The notes below the pieces were generated by a model that saw only the letters and a program-made list of their open reading frames with translations, did no database searches and had not been told where the DNA came from. Both the position numbers and the translations under genes were made by a program. DNA of 64,000 nucleotides from Hemiscyllium ocellatum (taxonomy: Eukaryota): positions 3,224,001 to 3,288,000 of the forward strand of contig NW_026867487.1 of assembly GCF_020745735.1 (NCBI RefSeq), given 5' to 3'. Shown one piece after another: positions 59,822 to 64,000 of this stretch (the first letter of the stretch is position 1; every line of letters begins with the position of its first letter).

Positions 59822-62000
59822 AGTGGGTACTGCAGATGCTGAAGATTAGAGTCAAGATTAGAGTGGTGATGGAAAAGCACAGCAAGTCAGTTAGCATGCA
59901 AGGAGCAGGAAAATCGATGTTTCGGTCAAAAGCCCTTCATGGGGAATGAGGCTGGGAGCCTCAGAGGTGGAGAGATAAATGGGAGATTGGTGGGTCTGGG
60001 GGGAAGGTAACTGAGAGTGCAATAGGTGAATGGCGATTGTTGTGAAAGTGATAGTTTAGAGAGGAGGGTGGACCGGTAGGTGAGAAGGAAGGTTGACAGC
60101 TGGGACAGGTCATGAGGATAGCGCTGAGCTGGAAGGTTGGAACTGGGGTAAGGTGGGGCGTGGAAGGTAAATGAGTAAACTGGTGAAGTCCATATTGATG
60201 CCATGGAGTTGAAGGGTCCTGAGGTGGAAGATGAGACTTTCTTCCTCCAGGCGCTGATTGGTGAGGGAGTGGTGGTAGTGGAGGCCAATGGCCTACATCA
60301 CTTTGGCAGAGTGGGAGCGGGAATTGAAATGTTCAGCCATGGGGCGATAAGGTCATTGTTGTGGGTGTCCATGAGTTGTCCTCTAAAGCATTCCACGAGA
60401 AGGCATCCGGTCTCCGCAGTGTAGAAGACACTGCATCAGGAGCAATGGATACAATAAATGACGTATGGAAGTGCAGGTGAAACTTTGTTGGATGTGGAAG
60501 GCTCCTTTGGGGCCTTGGACGGAGCTGAGAGGGCAGGTGTGGGCGCAGGTTTGACAATTCCTGCGGTGGCAGGAGAAGCTGTCAGGCATGGAGGGTGTAT
60601 TTATGGGGGTAGTGGGGGTGGTGGGCGTGGTTGGCGTGGACCCGACCAGGTAGAAGTGAATGGAACGATCTTTGTGGAAATCGGATGTGGTGTTGAATTT
60701 GGAAGTATATCACTGGTGGTGGGGTACATTTGGAGGTGGCGGAAATGTCAGCAGATGATGTGATTTATGCGGAGGTTGGTGGAGTGGAAGGTGAGGACCA
60801 GGGGTGTTCTGCCCTTGTTTCGGTTGTAGGGATGGCATTCGAGGGCAGAGGTGCCGAATGAGATGTGTGGGAGAGCATCTTCGACCATGTGGGAGAGGAA
60901 ATTACGGTCTTCGAAGAAGGAGGCCATCTAGTGTGTTCTCTTGTGGATCTGCTCCTCCTGGACACAGATGGGTTTGAGGCGGAGGAATTGGGAATACGGG
61001 ATAGTATTTTGGAAGAAGGTAGGCAGGATGTGGTGTAATCCAGGTAGCTGTGGGAGTCGGTGTGTTTGTAAGAAATGTCAGCGTTGAGTGGGTCAATGTT
61101 GATGGAGATGGAGAGATCCAGGAAGGGGAGGGAGGTGTCAGAGACGTGGAAGGTGTGATTGAAGTTTGAGCGGGGACAGAGTTTGGGCTCACAAGCTGTA
61201 CGTGTGGATTGGAAATCTCAGGGGTAGTGTCGAAAACTTGGACGGAGCCCGGAAATTGTCAAGAACAAGAATTGGCGTCAATTCGGGTAGTGGGACTAAA
61301 AGAGAGAACAACAGTGTTTCTTTTCTGATTTCAATACTCTACTCTGTTCACCAAAACAAAATCTCTTTTTATGAAAACATTGACAGATTCAGAAAGCGTG
61401 GCGCTGGAAAAACACAGCAGGTCCGGTGGCATCATAGGGGCAGGAAAGTCGATGTTTTGGGCATAAACCATTCATCACGTTTGTGGGAGTTTGAAGGGGT
61501 CTGAGAGTTATACGAGTGTTAGTGCAGTTGCAGGTAATGTGGCAGAGAACGTGATACGTGGATGCAGGTGGTGGTTGGTTGTGCTAAGTCAGTGGCGTCG
61601 ATGGAGGGGATAGGTGGGAAGAATGATGTACTGCTGGCACAGGTAACAAGGGTGATGCTGAATTGGAAAGTTGGAGTTTTGATGAGATAGTGGAGGGGGC
61701 ATTTGGAAACTGGTGTTTGAAGGGTCCTCAGTTGGAGGATAAGGCGTTCATTCTCCAGTCGTGGTGTAGATTTGATTTATCAGTGGAGGAGGCCCAGGGC
61801 TTGTATGTCCTTGGGTGGAGTTCGAATGGAGTTGAAGTAATCGGCCACAGAGCTGTGGCGTTGGAGGATAAATGTGGCCCACAGGTGACATCTGAGATGT
61901 TCTGAGAGTTGCTGTTCTGTCTCCTCAATACGGAGGAGACCACATCGAGAGCAATAGATACTGTAGTTGAAGCTGCTGGATGGTAAATACACAAAACATC
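59822..62000 (-). mobile_element. Two Penelope-like fragments (59822-61160 and 61380-62000), duplicates of 28890-31050
   Basis: Same sequence and order as in copy A. Confidence 0.82.
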
Positions 62001-62029
62001 GGGGTTTGGCTATCCACAAAACCAAAGAT

Positions 62030-64000
62030 CTCTCTTACTCACGAGGAGGGTCTGATAACTGAATACACATTTACCTACAGCAGGAAGACCTCACAGTGTG
62101 GTCTTTCCCCAATGCACTTTGGTGGCAACTGCCCCAATCTTTAGTACATCCCTGAGCACGTTGTCATGGACGTTGGAATTTGCCAGTTTGCGACACTCAA
62201 TCGAGATCAACTCCTCGTTCTGGAAGACCAACAAAGTTCTGGCGGACTGAAGAGCGTCATTCACTACGTTGATGTTCCGTCCAGGCACAGCTGATGTCTA
62301 TCTCGGTGTGTACCGAATGAAAAAAAAAGTTGAGCACAGAATCCCGCATGACAGAGCAGCTTGGGAAGAACCTTGACAGAAAGCGATGCATCTTCCTGCA
62401 GACATCACTTGCAAAGGCACGTTCCAGAAGGAGATGTAGGACAGTCACAAACTCCCGTAGCAACTTCAAGGAACCATGCGGTGGCTGGCGTTTGCTGGCC
62501 AGGTATGCCTGAAGGATACCAAAGGTAGTGCCTTTCTCTGCATCAGCCAAGCAATGTATTAGTGCTTGTTGGAAAGTTGTGGCGATGAGGCAGTTTGCCA
62601 AGTAACTTTGACAGTCTGCTCAGGGAAATGCACATGATCCATTATCTCCTTTTCTCTCGAGAATACTCCATGCTGACCAATTCTGATGGAGTTGCGATGA
62701 AACGTGTTTTCGTTGGTAAATGTCTGTACACAGGACAGGGGAAAATGAGTGGACCAACTACTTGGCGTGTTCCACGGTTTCATCCTTCGTATTACAGGGG
62801 GCAATGGAACCTCAGTGTATAGTGACATTTGGTGTTTGAGTGCTGAGGGTCTGTGCTAAGCTTGGTGCCGCCACACACAAAGGTAGCCAGCAGGATGACA
62901 GGAACATTAGTTACGTTCTTAGGCCTCTTATTTGGAGATTTGTATATGAATTCCCCACAGACTCGTCTATCTTAGGCTTCTCAATGAAACAGAAGGTGTC
63001 ACTGGTGAGCGGAAGATCACAGTTTTGGGTGATTGGTCAGTCTTGTGCAGCGTAGAATAGCAGGGAGAGTGCCTCACAACTGGTGGTCAGTTTTTACCCA
63101 CAGTGGGGAGGAAGCAGTGATACCAAAAGATCAGTGTCTGCTTTACTTTGCTTTACTCCTCCCAAGATTTCATCCACGGCCCAGCCCCGATGAACCATAT
63201 TCCCAATTTGTCCAGGTAATCGCTCCTGAAGATGAAAGCAATGAAGGATTGGTCTGCGAAGTTCCCAAAGAACACGGCTTCGTTCCTGCCTAGATTTACC
63301 TTGCCTCTTGAGGTAAGTTTGACATGCTCACAGCTGCTCGCGAGTTTGTGTATTAACAGCGGATCTAAGCAGAAAAGAGTGACGTCATTCATGTACAAGG
63401 TGGCTTTGGCATGCAGTCATCTGCTGCCTGGTGTAGTCGCCCCCACCTCAGGCTGGAATCCTTTCTGATGGACTGCGCAAAGGGTTCTACATAATGCACA
63501 AACAAGGCAAGGCAGAGTGGGAATCCCTGCCTGACTGCGGATCTGATCAGGAATCTTAAGATTCCCTCCCATTAATTGAGCTTGCACCAACGATGTAGGT
63601 TTGGAACTTTCTGATTCAACTACATAGTCCCTCCCAAATTTAGAGAGCATGTCCCACGTGTAGGTGCGTATTATCCCGTCAATGGTATTCTGCTCCAGCC
63701 TGATGCAGCAGGCCTTCACCCACTTGTCCGCTACGTATGCAACCGCATACCCGAGGAGCACGAGGCTGTCAGTGATGGTTTGCGTAGAACAGTTTGGACG
63801 GCATGAATCATTGAACCCAATGCAGATCTGACAAGTTTGGCCATGATTTTAGGCAGGATTTGGTAGTCTGCATTCAGCAATAATATTGGTTTCCAATTTC
63901 TCATTTTCTCCCTCTCCCCCTTCCGTTTGTAGATGAGAATGGTGATAAGTTTCCTGTGGATTCGCCAATGGTACCTGCCAGGTACCTGTCGTACATCTCC
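62030..64000 (-). mobile_element. Decayed Tx1-clade ORF2 fragment, duplicate of 31050-32430 (longer version)
   Basis: Minus ORFs VLRDVLKIGAVATKVHWGKTTL* and YMNDVTLFCLDP; continues past the window end. Confidence 0.85.

Larger units (their letters stand above)
39390..64000 (+). repeat. Segmental duplication copy B (runs off the window end)
   Basis: Collinear with 1130-32430; the last bases match ~32400. Confidence 0.93.

Noticed and set aside
1-64000. CRISPR arrays, rRNA or tRNA genes
   Set aside because: Eukaryotic DNA with no regularly spaced repeats. The only tRNA-like sequence is the SINE head.

Overview
Vertebrate (cartilaginous-fish, shark-like) genomic DNA from a T-cell receptor alpha/delta variable-gene cluster, heavily interspersed with retroelements (CR1/HER1 LINEs, Tx1-clade L1s, Penelope-like elements, HE1-type SINE) and four N gaps. 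On the + strand I find four intact V segments (leader exon, ~100-nt intron, V exon, 23-bp-spacer RSS) starting at 2217, 25527, 32939 and 56476. There are five + strand V pseudogenes (11.8, 19.2, 35.1, 40.4, 42.9 kb) and a deletion remnant (52.1 kb). Reading the - strand by eye reveals a second, divergent, eroded V family (five copies: 3.1, 13.3, 27.4, 44.0, 58.4 kb). Each copy lies just downstream of a + strand V with the RSS ends facing, so the ancestral duplication unit appears to be a convergent V pair. The region ~1.1-32.4 kb is tandemly duplicated at ~39.4-64 kb (unit ~38 kb), with copy-specific insertions and deletions. Other notable items: two copies of an ORF1-only (half) Tx1-like element sharing its 3' UTR with an ORF2 element, a strong CTCF-type site upstream of the intact V4/V9 paralogs, and a conserved motif downstream of every + strand RSS. 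All identifications are by visual motif recognition and manual translation. No database searches were run, so species and V subfamily names are not assigned, and TE boundaries are approximate.
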